Source: Eledone cirrhosa
Taxonomy: Eukaryota
Length of the DNA: 64,000 nt
Direction: 5' to 3'
Assembly (NCBI GenBank): GCA_964016885.1
Contig: OZ024743.1
Location: 289,478,001-289,542,000, forward strand
Shown: piece by piece, positions 40,972 to 55,033 of the stretch
How positions within the stretch are numbered: position 1 is the stretch's first letter
How the letters are laid out: every line of letters begins with the position of its first letter
Notes under the pieces: generated by a model
What the model was told of the DNA's origin: nothing
What the model saw: only the letters and a program-made list of their open reading frames with translations
The model's database searches: none
Program-made: the position numbers and the translations under genes

Positions 40972-41512
40972 AGCGGTGAATTGGCAGTATCGGTAGAGTG
41001 TCGGACATGCTTTCCAGCATAGTTACGTCCCTTTACGATCTGAGTTCAAATCCCGCCGAGGTTAACTTTGCCTTTCATCCTTACGGGGTCGATAAAATAA
41101 AGTACCAGTAATATACTGGAATAATTGCTGGCCTTGTGCCAAAAGTAGAAACAATTATTACTATTATTAGCGGTGGAGTGGCAGTATCGGTAGAGGGTCG
41201 GATGCCATGCTTTGACGCGTAGAGTTACGGGCCTTGCCATTCTGGGTTCAAATCCCGCCAAGGTTAACTTTGCCTCTCATCCTTACGGGGTCGATAAAAT
41301 AAAGTACCAGTAATGTACTGAGTAATTGCTGGCCTTGTGCCAAAAGTAGAAACAATTATTACTATTATTAGCCCTTTACATTCTGAGTTTAAATCCCACC
41401 AAGGTTAACTTTGCCTTTCATCCTTATGGGGTCGATAAAATAAAGTACCAGTAATCACGGGGCCAATTTCATCGACTTTTCCCTCTCTCAAAATTGTTGG
41501 CCTTGTGCCTAA
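40972..41512 (+). mobile_element. Head-to-tail trimer of SINE family B
   Basis: Two full copies and one truncated copy, each preceded by TTATTACTATTATTAGC. Confidence 0.88.
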
Positions 41513-42799
41513 ATCATTATTTGTGGTTTTTCTCTTCCATCAGTTTTGTTTCCGTTTCTTGCTAAGTGTCTTCCTGACATTTATTTTTTTTTTTTCTTGC
41601 ATGTAATATGAGAGAAAAGCAATATATTTTCTTTCATTTTGCCAACAACGTTTAAACATCTTCCCAATTACCTGGGATGGAATAAGCTTTGTCTATGGAC
41701 ACTTGTTATATTTTAGATTTTTGTAAACATTGTTTATTTGTGGTCTAATATAGCTTCCTTTGCATGAGAGTAAAGAAATGCTTGCAACAAATGCTGTAAC
41801 AAGGAATATACCACAAGAATTTTGAAAATTTTTCAAAACTTATGAAACAATCTCTCACATAAAAAAGACAAACAGTAAAAAATGATGACATTTCAACAAG
41901 CTGACACAATTGTGAACACAGTCACTTATATTTTTATAAATATCAATGACAAAGGTAGTAGTAACTTTAACCCTTTTGATATCAAGCCTGCCAGGAACTG
42001 CATAGGATGCTATAATACAAAGCTGTATGTCTTAAAGAGTTCATTCTTATATTAAAGACTTCAATCATAATTTTATGCAATAAGTTTTTGTTCAGTTATG
42101 TTCCAAACACAAGCTTAATAATAAGACAATTAGTGATATTTTGAAATTCCGCCAAAATTATGATTATTTTCAAAATTAATTAAATTACTTTGTTAGTGTC
42201 TTTAATTAGAAAGATAGTAATGAAATGGCTAATAATGTTAATATTAAAAGAAACTTTCATGCCATAATTTGGAAAGAGAGGTGTTGGACATGAGTCAGCT
42301 CCTAAAAAATAACATATGCTAAGAGAGGGATGTGACAAAAGAGTGCTTCCTTGCAGGAAAGGGCAAGGAAGAAACTGACATAACACTGCTTCATGAAAAA
42401 CAGCGGGGAGGTAGAACTTTCAGATGCCCTCAAAGAAACATTTATAAGAAGCCATAGCTGATGTGTGACTCAATGTGTGCTCCATCAATCAAGATAGGGA
42501 ATGAAGAATTGTATGCCTGATCTTTAAGACGAGGACAAAGTGAGAATGCATGCAAAACTGGTATGCCCATGAGTTAGTGCTGCAATATAAAACAAGACAT
42601 ATCAAAAGGGCTATAGCCGGTGAAGCTGGTACAGCTGTACACACATAACGTACAATTAGGTTTGTGGCACTGTATAGACGAGGGTTGAATGAGGAGATAA
42701 CATGAAGTTCAGTGGGGTTTGCAAGGACATGCAGGATCTGACAACCTTTGAAGACATGGCTATCATGCCATTATACTCCACTGTGGATACAGAAAGGAA

Positions 42800-43395
42800 G
42801 ACAACCCACAGCCCACACTGTAAAGTGGTTGTGATGTTGACATGGCAAAAAGTCCCAGCCCACACTGTAACGTGGTCGTGTAGGTGTCATGACAAAAAGC
42901 ACCCAGTACTCACTGTAAATGAGGTTGGTGTTAGGAAGAACAGCTGTAGAAACCAAGCCAAAATCAGTCCGGTATGAGCAAGACATGGTCACCTGACCTA
43001 GGATTGCCCACAACAGGACAACCTGTCTAACCCATGCTAGTGTGGAAAATGGACATAAGATGGAGATGATGAAATATATATAAATATACCGGATGTGTCT
43101 ATACCATATGTGTATATATATATTTATGTATATATGTGTGTATGTTATGTTGGTTCCACAAAAGTTCCAGCCCACACTGTAAAGTGGTCATGATGGTGAC
43201 ACAGCAAAAGCACCCAACACACACACTGTAAATGTGGTTGGCGCTAGGAAGGACATCCAGCTGTAGAAAACCAGCCAGAAACAGTCCTATATGAGCGAGA
43301 CATGGTCTCCTGACCCAATTTGCCTCTAAATGGGACAAACCCGTCTAACCCATGCTAGCGTGGAAGGTGGATGTTAAAACAATGAAGATGATGAT
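42800..43395 (+). mobile_element. Two RTE/SINE-A-type 3' tails
   Basis: CACACTGTAAAGTGG subrepeats and the TAACCCATGCTAG end, at about 42800-43070 and 43160-43395. Confidence 0.78.
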
Positions 43396-44988
43396 AACAT
43401 GTATATATATATATGTGTGTGCGTTTTAATTAATATCTCATTGAAATATGTATATATGTAGTACCTGTGACCTCACTGCCATATTTACTACTACAGTATA
43501 ATGGGTATATCATCTCAGACCTGATGAAAGCGGATACTCGGAACGAAAAACCTGTTGACGAAGGGAAATCCACGTTCTATCTTACGGTACATTAACGACT
43601 TACATATAGGTATACAACTTGGAGTGTAACTAACGGATTCCTAGAAACCTATCAAAGATATTTATCAATTAATATCTATTGATCAGGTTCAGGTTTGTCT
43701 TTAACCTGTCTGTATTTTTTCATTATTGTAGTATTAATGCAGCAATATGCCTCCGGTCACATTATTCATTATGTCACTATAACCTAACTTATTGTGTTCA
43801 CTCTGATGAGCCATTTCTAAATTTCTTTGTGATTGAGTGCTTCGTGATGCAATCAGATACGAATCTGCTACTTGCAGCTGCAACTTCGTTTATACTAATT
43901 ACTATTATATATATATCATCATCATCATCATCATTTCATTTTACAATATATATATATATATATATATATTTTTTAGTTAATATCCTATTGGAATTAGGGT
44001 GGAAAGGATTGTTTATAAAATAAAACTAAGGGTTCCACAACAAAACATATTTGGGAACCATTGCATTAAATCTAGCATGGTCTATATCAGCCTGTCTATG
44101 TCAACAATCTCTCCACAACAAAATAAGACAGCATATAGAAATTCATGAATTCATAACAGATTGTAGATAGTTCACAAATACACAGACTTCCTACACACAC
44201 ATGAAAAAAAAAATCTAAAACTGAAAGACCACTTGGACACAAGAGTTTCTAGTTACTAAATTCACTCATGTAATATTGTTCTGGTCAGACACTAAAAGAC
44301 ATTTGCTCAAAGTCTCATGCAGTGGTATTTAACCCACAACCATGTGGTTGTGAAATGAAATGTTAACCACACACCCATCTTTACATCTATTACCTGAGTG
44401 TATTTACAGAGTTTTCAGTTTGTAAATGCTGCCTATAAAGTTTTTATATGCCTTAACATATAAGATATACATACATGCTTATATATGCTTGTGTATGTAT
44501 TTGAGCACAAACAATACATCAATGTGAATTAACATGTATACATTATGTGAGCATGAGTTTGTATGTAATGTGTGCTCTATGAAATGTGTGTTTGTATGTG
44601 TAGATGTTTCCGGAATCCTGAAGAAGCTCTTAAGATGTATGCGTGAAGTAATGTAATTTTCTGTAAATTTGATATAGCACAAATAGTACGTGTGTGTGTT
44701 TTTCTGCATGTGTCTGGGTTAGTGTGCGTGTAATTAGCGAGTGTGTTATTACTACAAAGATCTGCTAAAGTCATCAAGGAAAGTTAAGGTAAAACAAAAA
44801 CAACACAAAAAATTAACAAGACAAGAGAGAGAGGGGGGGGGGGAGTAACAAGAGGATGGGGAGTGAATTACCTATTTTTTTTATAATTTCTTGTTTGCTA
44901 TATGTATGTGTGAGTATATTTATGTACACATGCACACAATATATTTATATATACATACACATACACACACACATATATAAATATATAT

Positions 44989-45712
44989 TAGCAGCCTCCC
45001 AGCCTTCACCCTGGTCTGTATTGTGCTCAAATCTATTATAAGGCATTTATTGGCATCTATAGTAATGCCCATTTTCCTTAAAATAAAAGATGTTAAAAGG
45101 TATTTAAATATTGCATAACAACGTTAACAATTTATTTAGAATATCTAAATACAGAAAGTAATAAAAATAATAATAGAAAAATGTATTCTATGAAAATTAT
45201 AAAACATTTATACAATGTTTTTAACTTTTTTCTTTGAGGCATATATGAAAAGTTTGCAGGAGCTTCCTGTTCTGGAATAACATACATACAATTGACTTAG
45301 TGAGGAACTGCCCTCTTCTAGATGGAGACCAACAACCTGCAGTGTTTGACCTCGGGACTTGTTAATGGTCATTGTGTAACTGATTCTCCCTGGGAAGTGC
45401 AATCATTTGAAAAGAAAGGAGACATCTGTTGGGATATAGATACGATGTCTCCCTTACCACATCCAGTGAGAATTTTGGCTTCAATGATGTGAGGCTGTAG
45501 TTCAGACACAACCATACATGTCCCATTGCATAGCCTTGGCTGTTCAGATTTATGAGAAGCATCATGACTGTGCCCTTCTTCAATTCAAGGTTGTGTGGCA
45601 ACATACTAGATGTTTCCAGACTGTCGAGAAATGTAATGGGATAATGGACAGCTTTGTTCTTGTTGACAACTTTGTCAATAGACTTATGGGTCTGGTTACT
45701 TTCAGAGATCAT
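44989..45712 (-). mobile_element. Helitron remnant (PIF1 helicase C-terminus)
   Basis: YPITFLDSLE.S.MLPHNLELKKG..MMLLINLN and FP.RISY.MTINKSRGQTL..VGL.L.....SQLYV..SR. Possible decayed 3' terminus near 44989. Confidence 0.85.
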
Positions 45713-45750
45713 TTTTCAGAGACTTTTGTTGATGGCATTCACTATTATGT

Positions 45751-45782
<32 letters not shown>

Positions 45783-46818
45783 TTTCGAAATTGACGAACA
45801 CTTCATTAAGTTTACATTTTCCACAACAATACAAGATAATGAAGGATCAAAAAATCCTTCAGTATCAAGGGATTGCTTTTTATAATTATAAACAGCTGAG
45901 AGGTGTGCCTCCATTTTCAGAGAGTGAATCAGATGTCAGATCAGTCAAAAACAAATATAGAAAAGCTTCCCACTGAAAAAATCTCTGAGGCTGGGTAAAT
46001 CTGATTATCCCCCACCTCATTACCCCCTATTCCGTTTAAAAAAAAAATATGGATTGCGATCTGTCAGAGGTCAGATTAGATGAAAACACAATGAAAATGT
46101 TTTATATATATATAGACATACAGAAAGACTGAGACACATATGCAGTGATGATACAGAGAAAAAGAGATAGTGAGATATATATATATATAGAAAGAAAAGT
46201 TATATAGAGAAAGACACATATATACAGGTGGAGAAAGACATAGAAATAGAGAGATAGAGAGATCGAGAGAGAAAGAGATAATGAGAGATAGATAGAGAGA
46301 TGTTGAGGGAGATAGAGATATATAGATAGAGAGAAATGATATAAATGTATAAACCAACAGAGTACCTGTCACAGAGTCACTGTGCTAGAAAGAGCAGTAA
46401 AATCTTCCCACCTCATCACGCAAATTTCGGAAATGTTCATAGGTTGACTATGAAGGATTGATGTTAGAGCTTTGAAATGGTTTAGTTTTGGAGGGAATTT
46501 CTTGGCAAAACATTCTCCATTTCTTATCAGTATTTTTGATCATCTCTGGAACATTTATAAAAAAAAATGAATAGTTTGAATTTGTTAATCTGCAAATTTC
46601 TAAAGGTTTATTCAGTGAAATTTTCCTTACTTCCAGTATTTGGACTCTGTCTTTCATGCAAACAGCTACCAGTCTGACTGATACAATTCTGTTTGTAGTC
46701 AAGACAGACTATACAATATATAAGATTTTCTGTTCTACAGTCCATTACTGCATTTACTAAGGATTGACTTTTTTAAAATTTTTATCCCAGAACAAGTTTG
46801 CTGCATATGCCACACCTG

Positions 46819-46849
<31 letters not shown>

Positions 46850-46850
<1 letters not shown>

Positions 46851-47105
46851 CATCATCACAGTTTTACGTCCGTTCTTCCATGCTAGCATGGGTTAGACGG
46901 GTTGTCCTGTTGTGGGCAGTGTCTGGTCGGCTGACCATGCCTTGCTCATACAGGAACTGATTTGGCTTGATTTCTACAGCTGGATGCCCTTCCTAACACC
47001 AACCTCATTTACAGTGAGTGCTGGGTGCTTTTTCGTGACGCCTACACGTCCACTTTACAGTGTGGGCTGGGTGTTTTTTTGCCGTGGCACCTCCACGACC
47101 ACCTT
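46850..47105 (-). mobile_element. Solo RTE subfamily-2 / SINE-A tail
   Basis: Nearly identical to 8785-9040. Confidence 0.9.
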
Positions 47106-47225
47106 GCACTTATATATATATATATATATATATAATGAAATTTGAATGACAGAAATTCTGTGAATGTCTGTTTTCTCTCTTTCTCTCTATATATATCTAT
47201 ATACATACATATATATATATACGTA

Positions 47226-47552
47226 ATGGAGGCACATGGCTTAGTGGTTAGAGCATTAGCCTTGCAATCGAAAGGTTGTGAGTTCAATTCTCAGACCGGG
47301 TGATGTGTTGTTTCCTTGAGCAAGACACTTTATTTCACATTGTTCCAGTTTACTCAGCTGTAGAAATGAGATGATAGGGACCACTGCAAAGTGGTCGTGG
47401 AGGTGCCACGGCAAAAAAGCACCCAGCACTCACTGTAAATGAGGTTGGTGTTAGGAAGGGCATCCAGCTGTAGAAATCAAGCCAGAATCAGTTCCCGTCC
47501 CACCCTTGCAAGCAGGGAAAAGCAGACGTAAAATGAAATGATGATGATGATG
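47226..47552 (+). mobile_element. SINE family A variant with subfamily-3 RTE tail (second copy)
   Basis: Same CAGTTCCCGT|CCCACCCTTGCAAGC junction as 24168-24472. Confidence 0.88.
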
Positions 47553-47601
47553 GTGTACATATATGAATAGGAGGTTAATTATATGTGCAAACATTGATAA
47601 T

Positions 47602-47646
47602 GCTCTGATGACTCCAAACGAGAGTTTGGAAGAAACAATTGTCAGC
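47602..47646 (+). ncRNA. Minimal type I hammerhead ribozyme motif
   Basis: GCT-CTGATGA-C-TCCAAAC-GAGA-GTTTGGA-A-GAAA-CAATTG-TC-AGC. Both core boxes are present, with a 7-bp stem II and GNRA loop, a palindromic stem III, a GUC triplet and a 3-bp stem I. Confidence 0.7.
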
Positions 47647-47709
47647 TTTTAAATGATTTGAACACAACTTTGATAATTGTATAATTTATTTATATATATA
47701 TACGTGTAC

Positions 47710-47768
<59 letters not shown>

Positions 47769-50700
47769 GAAAGAGAGAAAACAGACATCCACAGAATTTC
47801 CATTATTCAAATTTCATTCACATGCAATTGGTCACTCCAAGGCTATGGTAAAAGACACCTGCCCAAGATGCCACACAGTAGGTGTGAACCTCAAACTACG
47901 GGGCTGCTAAGCAAACGCCTTAACCATATAGCAATGCTTGTACATATACATTTTCTATAAATACACACACACACATAAATACATATGTAAACATATATCA
48001 TTTATGCCAGCGATATTATTTATATTGTTGGACCATTTGTGTGAACAACAGTATGATATGGTATAAATATACCTACATGTGTATTTATATCTACCTAATG
48101 TATCAGGGGTTTACCCAATCATGTGAAATACACAAAGCCAAAAATATTCTTCAAGGCAAACTCTAATTAACAACAACTAACACCTCATCTCTCTGACTTC
48201 CACCAATACTTTTCCTTCCACCTGCCACAAATACACCTTCATCCACTCGCTACTCAAATAACCTTAGTGTTTTCCTTGACTATCTTTCCTTTACTTAGAA
48301 CCAAAACCACCCAAGTGATGAAGTAAGACACATATATAAAATGAAAACTCATGCTCACGCAATGTATATGTAGTCACTTATTTCCAATGCTAATGTAAAC
48401 ATACTTATCTTCAGATGGGTATGCACATACATTATATATATATTTATTTATTTCAAAATGTGGTCCCCACAATACAAATAACTGCAATAATAGTTATTAA
48501 TAGTTTCAACATTTGGCACAAAGCCAGATAATTGCAGGGAAAGGAAAAGTCAAATCAACCCCAGCACATTACTGGTACTTTATTTTATCAAACCAGTAAG
48601 GATGAAAGGCAAAGCAAACCTCAGCGGGATTTGAACTCAGAATGTAAAACAATATGCCGCATGTTAAACATGCGGCCTTTGGGCCACATGTGCCCCTTTA
48701 CAAGCACACCTGCGGCCCACACAGATGTTTTTACAGCGCGAGCATGTTTTATCTTTGTAATATAAAATAAAAAAATTAGTTGTAATGTGTGCAATTAGTT
48801 GTCGTGTTGGTCCTTCAGATAACACATGTGACCCATGTGGCCCTCAGTTTCACATGCATGTGCTACAGAATGTAAAACTATATGCTACAAAGCATGTTGT
48901 CTGAATTGGCACAATTGTTAATTGTATTCTCACAGTATACAAAAGAAGTGTGGTTCGATTCCTTACAGGCATCTCTATCTCCAGGAGTACTACCCAACTT
49001 ATTCAACTATTATAATTATCAACTATTATTGCAGTTATTTGCATCATAGTAACTTTATTTTTACATTTCAAATTTCCCAATGATTCTGAAGTTAACCAAA
49101 TATTATATATATATATATATACGTGCATGTGTGTATCTGAGAGAGAGTGTGTGTTATAGATGCTAATAGCAGTAGCACTAATACAACATGATTCAAACAG
49201 AGGTGTATATGAAAGTACATACAATATGTTTATGTATAATAAACATACTGTATTGTAAGGCTCGCAGTGTATATTTTAAGCTGTGATAGTATTTCAGGAA
49301 TTAATACTCTATCATCAGTGATGTTTACTTACTCAGTACAGAGGCTGATAGCTTATATATGGATTTTGGCAAATGATATAGTGATGGAGAAACTCATGTG
49401 CAGGGCAGGCTTGATGATCTGGTTTTAATTAGCATATACCAATGATGATGACGATGATGATGATACAATATGTTATTGTGGTTTTTGATTTAGGCACAAG
49501 GCCAAGAATTTGGGGGAAAAGGAAAGTTGAGTAAATTGATCTCAGTGCATTACAGGTACTTTATTTTATGGGCCCCGTAAGGGTGAAAGGTAAAGCTAAC
49601 CTCGGCGAGATTTGAACTCAGAAGGCAGAGGAATGTAACTCTAGACCACAAAGAATGTTCGACAGTCTACCAATACTGCAAATCCACCATCCTAATGTTT
49701 ATATACGATAAACACGCATAAGTCTCGCTATATTTAAGCTGTGGACATGTCACATCTATCACAGTACATTTTTAAAATGCCATATATTATAGTATTTCAA
49801 TTTGAATGAAATTTAGCTGATAATTTTAGCAGATCAAGTGACTGATTGTATCGTGGCATATGTTTGCTATTGAGATACTGCTAAATGAGAATTTGTTTAG
49901 TTCATTCCGGCCTTACTCGAAATTGTTAGGTAATTATTCTTTCATTTCTAATCACAAATCTTGTGAGCGTTCTTTTCAATGGGAATATGAGCTTTTCATG
50001 CATTGGGAAATAGAATTAAACGATTAAAAATTGGCACAAGTAAATAATTTACAAAAGAGATCAGACAACAAAAAATGAGATCTTCTAGATGGTTTGAGGT
50101 AACCCCATACTCATAATACATTACAGCAAGTGATAATGAGACTGAGGTGCCAGAACAGGCAAGTATCTCATGAATATCATCTAAAACTTATGTGAATCGA
50201 GCCAGCAATAATGACAAAATCTTCGTTCTGAGCCCCACCTCACACGAAAGTTTTGAAAGCTACAGGGTGAAAAATGTAATATACCGATAAATTATGGCAT
50301 TTCAGTCAATTATAACGTTCTACTCTGAGGATACAGTCCTCATTTAAAAAAATGATTTTGGGGGATGAGGGAGTGGGAAGAGATTATTTAGAAGTGAAAC
50401 TGGTTCGAAGTTTCACCCATTGCAAAAATAAAGATACAAACAGGTGAGGTAACTCTTTAAATATGTTAAAGCAATTATCTCCCTTAGTCTTCAAAAACGA
50501 AAGAAAATATATTAAAAAAGGTGAAAAGCATTTTCAATACTCTAGGGTCCCAAATAATAGGGTGTGTTGGATAAGTTTACGTTGGATAATTGTATAGTGT
50601 ACGTTCGTAAATATGGGATTTCATGTAATGTTTTTTTTTGTCATATTTGTTTTTTTAATGTAAAATAAATTATTATTAGATTCTCCAGCTGCTGCATCAA

Positions 50701-51999
50701 TCACTTACAATAAAATTTCGCCGGAGATAGATCAGCAAAATTTAATAAGCGAGGAATAAGTTTGGAAAAAATCTCAAAAATTAATAGCGGGGGTTGGGGG
50801 ACGATTATTGAAGACCTGAGAGTAAGTAAAATCAATATGTGGTGTGAATTTATGAGTGTGTTTCTGTGTTGAACCTCCATCAGTTTCGATGGAGAGTGTT
50901 CCAGGTGTTTGATCAACAGAACGGTTTGGACGTGAAATTAATGTGCTAGTCATTCAACATTACGCATGACAAAGCTTGCTCGTTGAGTTTAAAGTTACAA
51001 CCTTTTGAACAGAAGCAACACGAAATAAAATATCTTGCTCAAAGTTACAATGGCAATAATGGTAATGGTGAAATGAAAGAACACTGTCAGTATCATCACT
51101 TAGCTGAAAAAATGTTGTGGATGTACTGATGCGGCTACAACTGTAAAAGGGTAAGAGAGATGTGGTGGTGGTGGCTGTTATTTATATTTTAGCTGCTCTG
51201 TGTTTCCCTGTACATTATTTTATCTATTTACAAACATGCTTGTTTGCCAGTGTGCTTATTTGTCTCTCTTTCGCAATCAGTGTGTCTGTCTATGTCATTG
51301 TATGTATCACTCTCCTTCTCTCTCTCCCTCTCTGCATATTCCTATCTGCCTATTTGACTGCAATTCTCCCCATTCATCTCTTTCACTATATCTACATGTG
51401 TGCCTGTTGTTTTCAATCTAATAAGCTAGTGGTTGCCAACCTTCTTTATACCACGGACCATCTTCATGCCGGACAATCTTTCCGGGGACCCGTAGTTGCA
51501 CATGTGTGTTGTTTAAGTGCAGTTCGATAAAGAGAGCTATAATAAAAAGTGCAATTATTAAAGTAGATGAATATTGAATATTTAAACAAATCTTTTTAAA
51601 TTGAAGTCCAATATTCAATTTATTTCTTTGTAAGAAGCCCATTTCTCCTGAAAGCAACTAATTTTTTACATCAGTACAATATTACACATTTTCACTACCA
51701 ACAACCTAAAACATTGTACAACATGTTAACTCCATAAACCAGTGGTTTGTAAACAAGCAAAATAGTAACTGAGGAATGGTAGCATTTAGGGGTCCATAAA
51801 CAAAATCTTTTAGACATAATTATTCCAAGAAACTATCTTATGCATTAGAGAAAGAAAATAGATTTAAAAACAAACAAAAAAGTGAAGCCAAGAAGTTGGT
51901 CACAAATTTCCCTGGGGAAATAATAGAAATCAAAAGAAATGATACTGCCCCAAAGTAAACACAAGATTCATATTCTTCATCGTCATCTCCTCCTCCTTT

Positions 52000-53810
52000 T
52001 TCTTCTTCACTCCATCCACCAGGTCTTGTCAGAAGCAACTATCTCCAATTAATCAGGCTGGATCCCCTAGCGAGATCAGCCAAGCTCATGGATGTTATCC
52101 AACCATCTTGCTCATGGGTCTACCCCCTGGGTCTCCTGCTAGTTGGTTTTGCCCATGAAAGCTGTCTAGCGTTTCTTTCTTGAAACATTCTAACCACATG
52201 TCACGGACCTGTGACCTCTCAAATCAGAGCAGTAGCAGCTCTTCCTGGAGTGACTTTCAGAGCAATGTACTCTAACGAGTAATGTTACTCCAAAATCATT
52301 TGGAGGAACCCTATTTTGGCTGCTTGTATACCTGATCATATTCTTTCAGTCTTCACCCAAAATGCATGACCATAAATAAGGGTTGGTATGAATACAGAAT
52401 TAAAGATAGTGAGTTTGGCTTTTACACCTACCTCACTTCTTCTGATTCCTGAATGCTGAAAACTGGTGCCTTACTGCACCAGCTCCTGCAATTCTTGCAC
52501 TTACTTCAGCTTCCCGCCCTTCATCATCCAAGATACTTGAACTCCTCCACTTGCTTCAGTGGAACTCTAATCACAATAACTGGTAATTTGGGCAACTCCA
52601 GTTTGACATGTTTTATTTTCCAAAGATCTTTACTTCCTATGATTTTGTTATTGGAAAAGGTACGCTATTCTTTATGTTTTCCCTAATTTAAATATTTACT
52701 TTACAATTTTACAGTTCACTGTATACTCTGAATAAATGGCTAGGCAGTCCACCAGAGTAAAATAGGAATTAAAGTGGTCTACAGGTAACAAATGGTTAAT
52801 AACCACTGCTATAAACCTATCTACTCCATACTTGGGGCGTTTCCAATTAGAACCTGCCAAAGAAGGAGCTTAATATATACAGTGAAACCTTGGTTCTCGA
52901 ACAATATTACCAAACATAAAACATTTTGGTTTACAAATGGTGTCTAGAGTAACAAACTCGCAATCCTGCGATTTACTTTTTTCATCTCCTTGATTGCTTC
53001 TTTGACCCTATAACTGTCTGTTTTTATAGCTGGCCTCTCTGTTGGGTTAATTGGGGGTAGTCACCCATCCTCCTATTCATTCTCCACACACCTGGTAGTA
53101 GTATTTCCAGGCCTCTTTCTTTTGAGCATCAGTGATGCTAAATGCACCAGTGTCATTTTGGACACACTTTTCCCGAACAATATCTTGATTCAAACTGACA
53201 AACTGCTTTGCAATGTAGTATACCTCATGTCTCCGATCTTCAGATCACAAGACATCTTTCGTGCTATGTATATATGTCGCCTAACCCCACATTTATCTAC
53301 ATGTGCTGGTCTCTACTGACCCCATTTTCCCAGTCTTTCCATGCTTGTCTTTTGGCTTTAATGACTCTATTTACTGTGATGTTCCACCATCAGGATACAT
53401 TCTGTCTGGCTGATGCTTTGCTCCAGCCATAATCTCTTCAATAGTCCATAGTAGGTTATCACGTAAGAACTTCCAATTTGTCATCTAAGTCATATAAGTC
53501 TAACTTGTCTCGCTTCTCATATACCTCATGTAAAGTTTTCCTGAAACTATAATTAACAGAAAGGTCCTTTAGCTTCTAAACTATCCTCCTCCAGATTTTC
53601 CTGTTTGCTCTTCTGTATAGTGTTTATCCTGATGTCACTAATAACTAAATTGTGCTGGGCAGTGCATTCTTCCCCAGTGAAGGTCTTAACATTTATAATC
53701 ATCTGTCTATCTCATCTTACAAGTAAGATATCAATTTGTCTTGTTTGTTTACCTGACTAGTAGGTGACCAGATGACTGGCCAGTTTCCTGATGTTTGTGT
53801 TGCAAATGTC
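52000..53810 (-). mobile_element. Old RTE-like LINE fragments
   Basis: Remnants include VEEFKYLG, and endonuclease-end motifs such as HLVTY.SG...QIDI and E.ECTAQHNL. Confidence 0.65.
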
Positions 53811-54424
53811 TATGACTATTCTGAGTTTGATATTTCTGTTACTTACTCTCACTACTTCAATTACCTTTTCTGTTGAGTAGAATGCTTACTCCACCTACCT
53901 TGCCATCATTACCTATCCAGAAGAGCTTGTATATATGTTGTTTGCATTTATTTCAATGAATTTTCCCATGGACCCCAGACATTTGAAGGTTTGTCTGCCC
54001 TATACTAGCTTTGCACACTCCTATGTGTCTGTGGGTCACATATTGGGAACTGTGGAGACAGAGGCTTGAAAGAGATGTATCTACTCTTTGTAGCAGGTTG
54101 AGCAACTGCATAGAGCATTGATTCCCAACACTTTCACTACCAAAGACAACATTTGTTTATTTAGCTAAATTGTTCTATGGGCACCAGACATTTGAAAGGG
54201 ATACATTTGTGAAGGCCCAAGGAACTGCCAGACAAGTTTGCAACCAATGCAGTTCTACATAGCTATAAAGAGATGAAATCGGTAAGTTTGTATGGCCTTT
54301 GAAAATAGGTTTGCTTGATCAGATTTGACCCAGGGCTAAATAACAGCAACCAATTTGAAACTATAACTGATAGAACAAAAAAAGAAAAAAAACAAAAGGC
54401 TGAAAAGGTTCTATAAAAACTTAC

Positions 54425-55033
54425 CTGTAGGCGCCCCAGCAAGTAATTTAGGTCCAAAACGTCTGTGTAGAAATCGAGATTGAAGGCAAGCTTGCCATAC
54501 TTTTGAATGAGATCAGCCTTGGAGAGAACGTTGACATGAGGGAGACTAACTTGTAACATTGTGATTAATGAGGTGAGCAGAACTGAAATGAATTTACCTG
54601 TATCGCTGCAATAGTGTGCATCTACTAAATGTACAGCTACAAGTCTATAGTCAAGTTTCTCTAAGGATTCTACAATGTTGTGAACAGCATTGTGGTGAGT
54701 ATACAGCTCAACTTGTCCAGGACAATCAAACATAATGTAATGGTCTTTGGGTATAGCTTTTAATTTATTAACCAGCCAATCTAAATTTTTATCAAGGTAT
54801 TCCATGCAGTATATGAGTCCTCCATTTGGACCAAGCTTCAGATTCTCCATCACCTCTTCAAGAGTGATCAGCTCGGAGATATTGATGTCTGGTGTATATG
54901 GAATGTGGTCGTTGGCTGGATCGAGGTTTACAATTGACACCTTTCGGCCCAAATTTCGCATAAATTCGCTCATTCCACGGCAGTACGTGGTTTTGCCAGA
55001 GCCTGGCGGTCCAATAACAAGTTGGGCAAACAT
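54425..55033 (-). CDS. GPN2: GPN-loop GTPase 2, first coding exon (203 codons)
   Basis: P-loop [16 protein letters not shown], the GPN loop [19 protein letters not shown], and [10 protein letters not shown]. The ORF-track tail after LGRLQ is intronic read-through past CAG|gtaagt. Confidence 0.96.

Noticed and set aside
43515-43885. CTGATGA motifs at about 43521 and 43803
   Set aside because: No convincing stem II, GAAA, stem III and NUH arrangement could be built. At most these are decayed relics.
46631-46708. 78-nt AG...GT-bounded open segment on the minus strand (SVLTTNRIVS...QILE), a possible cassette exon
   Set aside because: It has no similarity to GPN2, the protein is contiguous without it, and such segments are expected by chance in 53 kb.
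50538-50824. Possible TACTCT-ended MITE; also hAT-like ends near 48655-48860, 51430 and 59510
   Set aside because: The terminal repeats are too degenerate to define boundaries or TSDs by eye.
54263-54424. Hydrophobic C-terminal extension of the 256-aa GPN2 ORF (looks like a TM segment)
   Set aside because: It starts at a perfect gtaagt donor, and the true continuation is at 1031-933, so it is intronic read-through.
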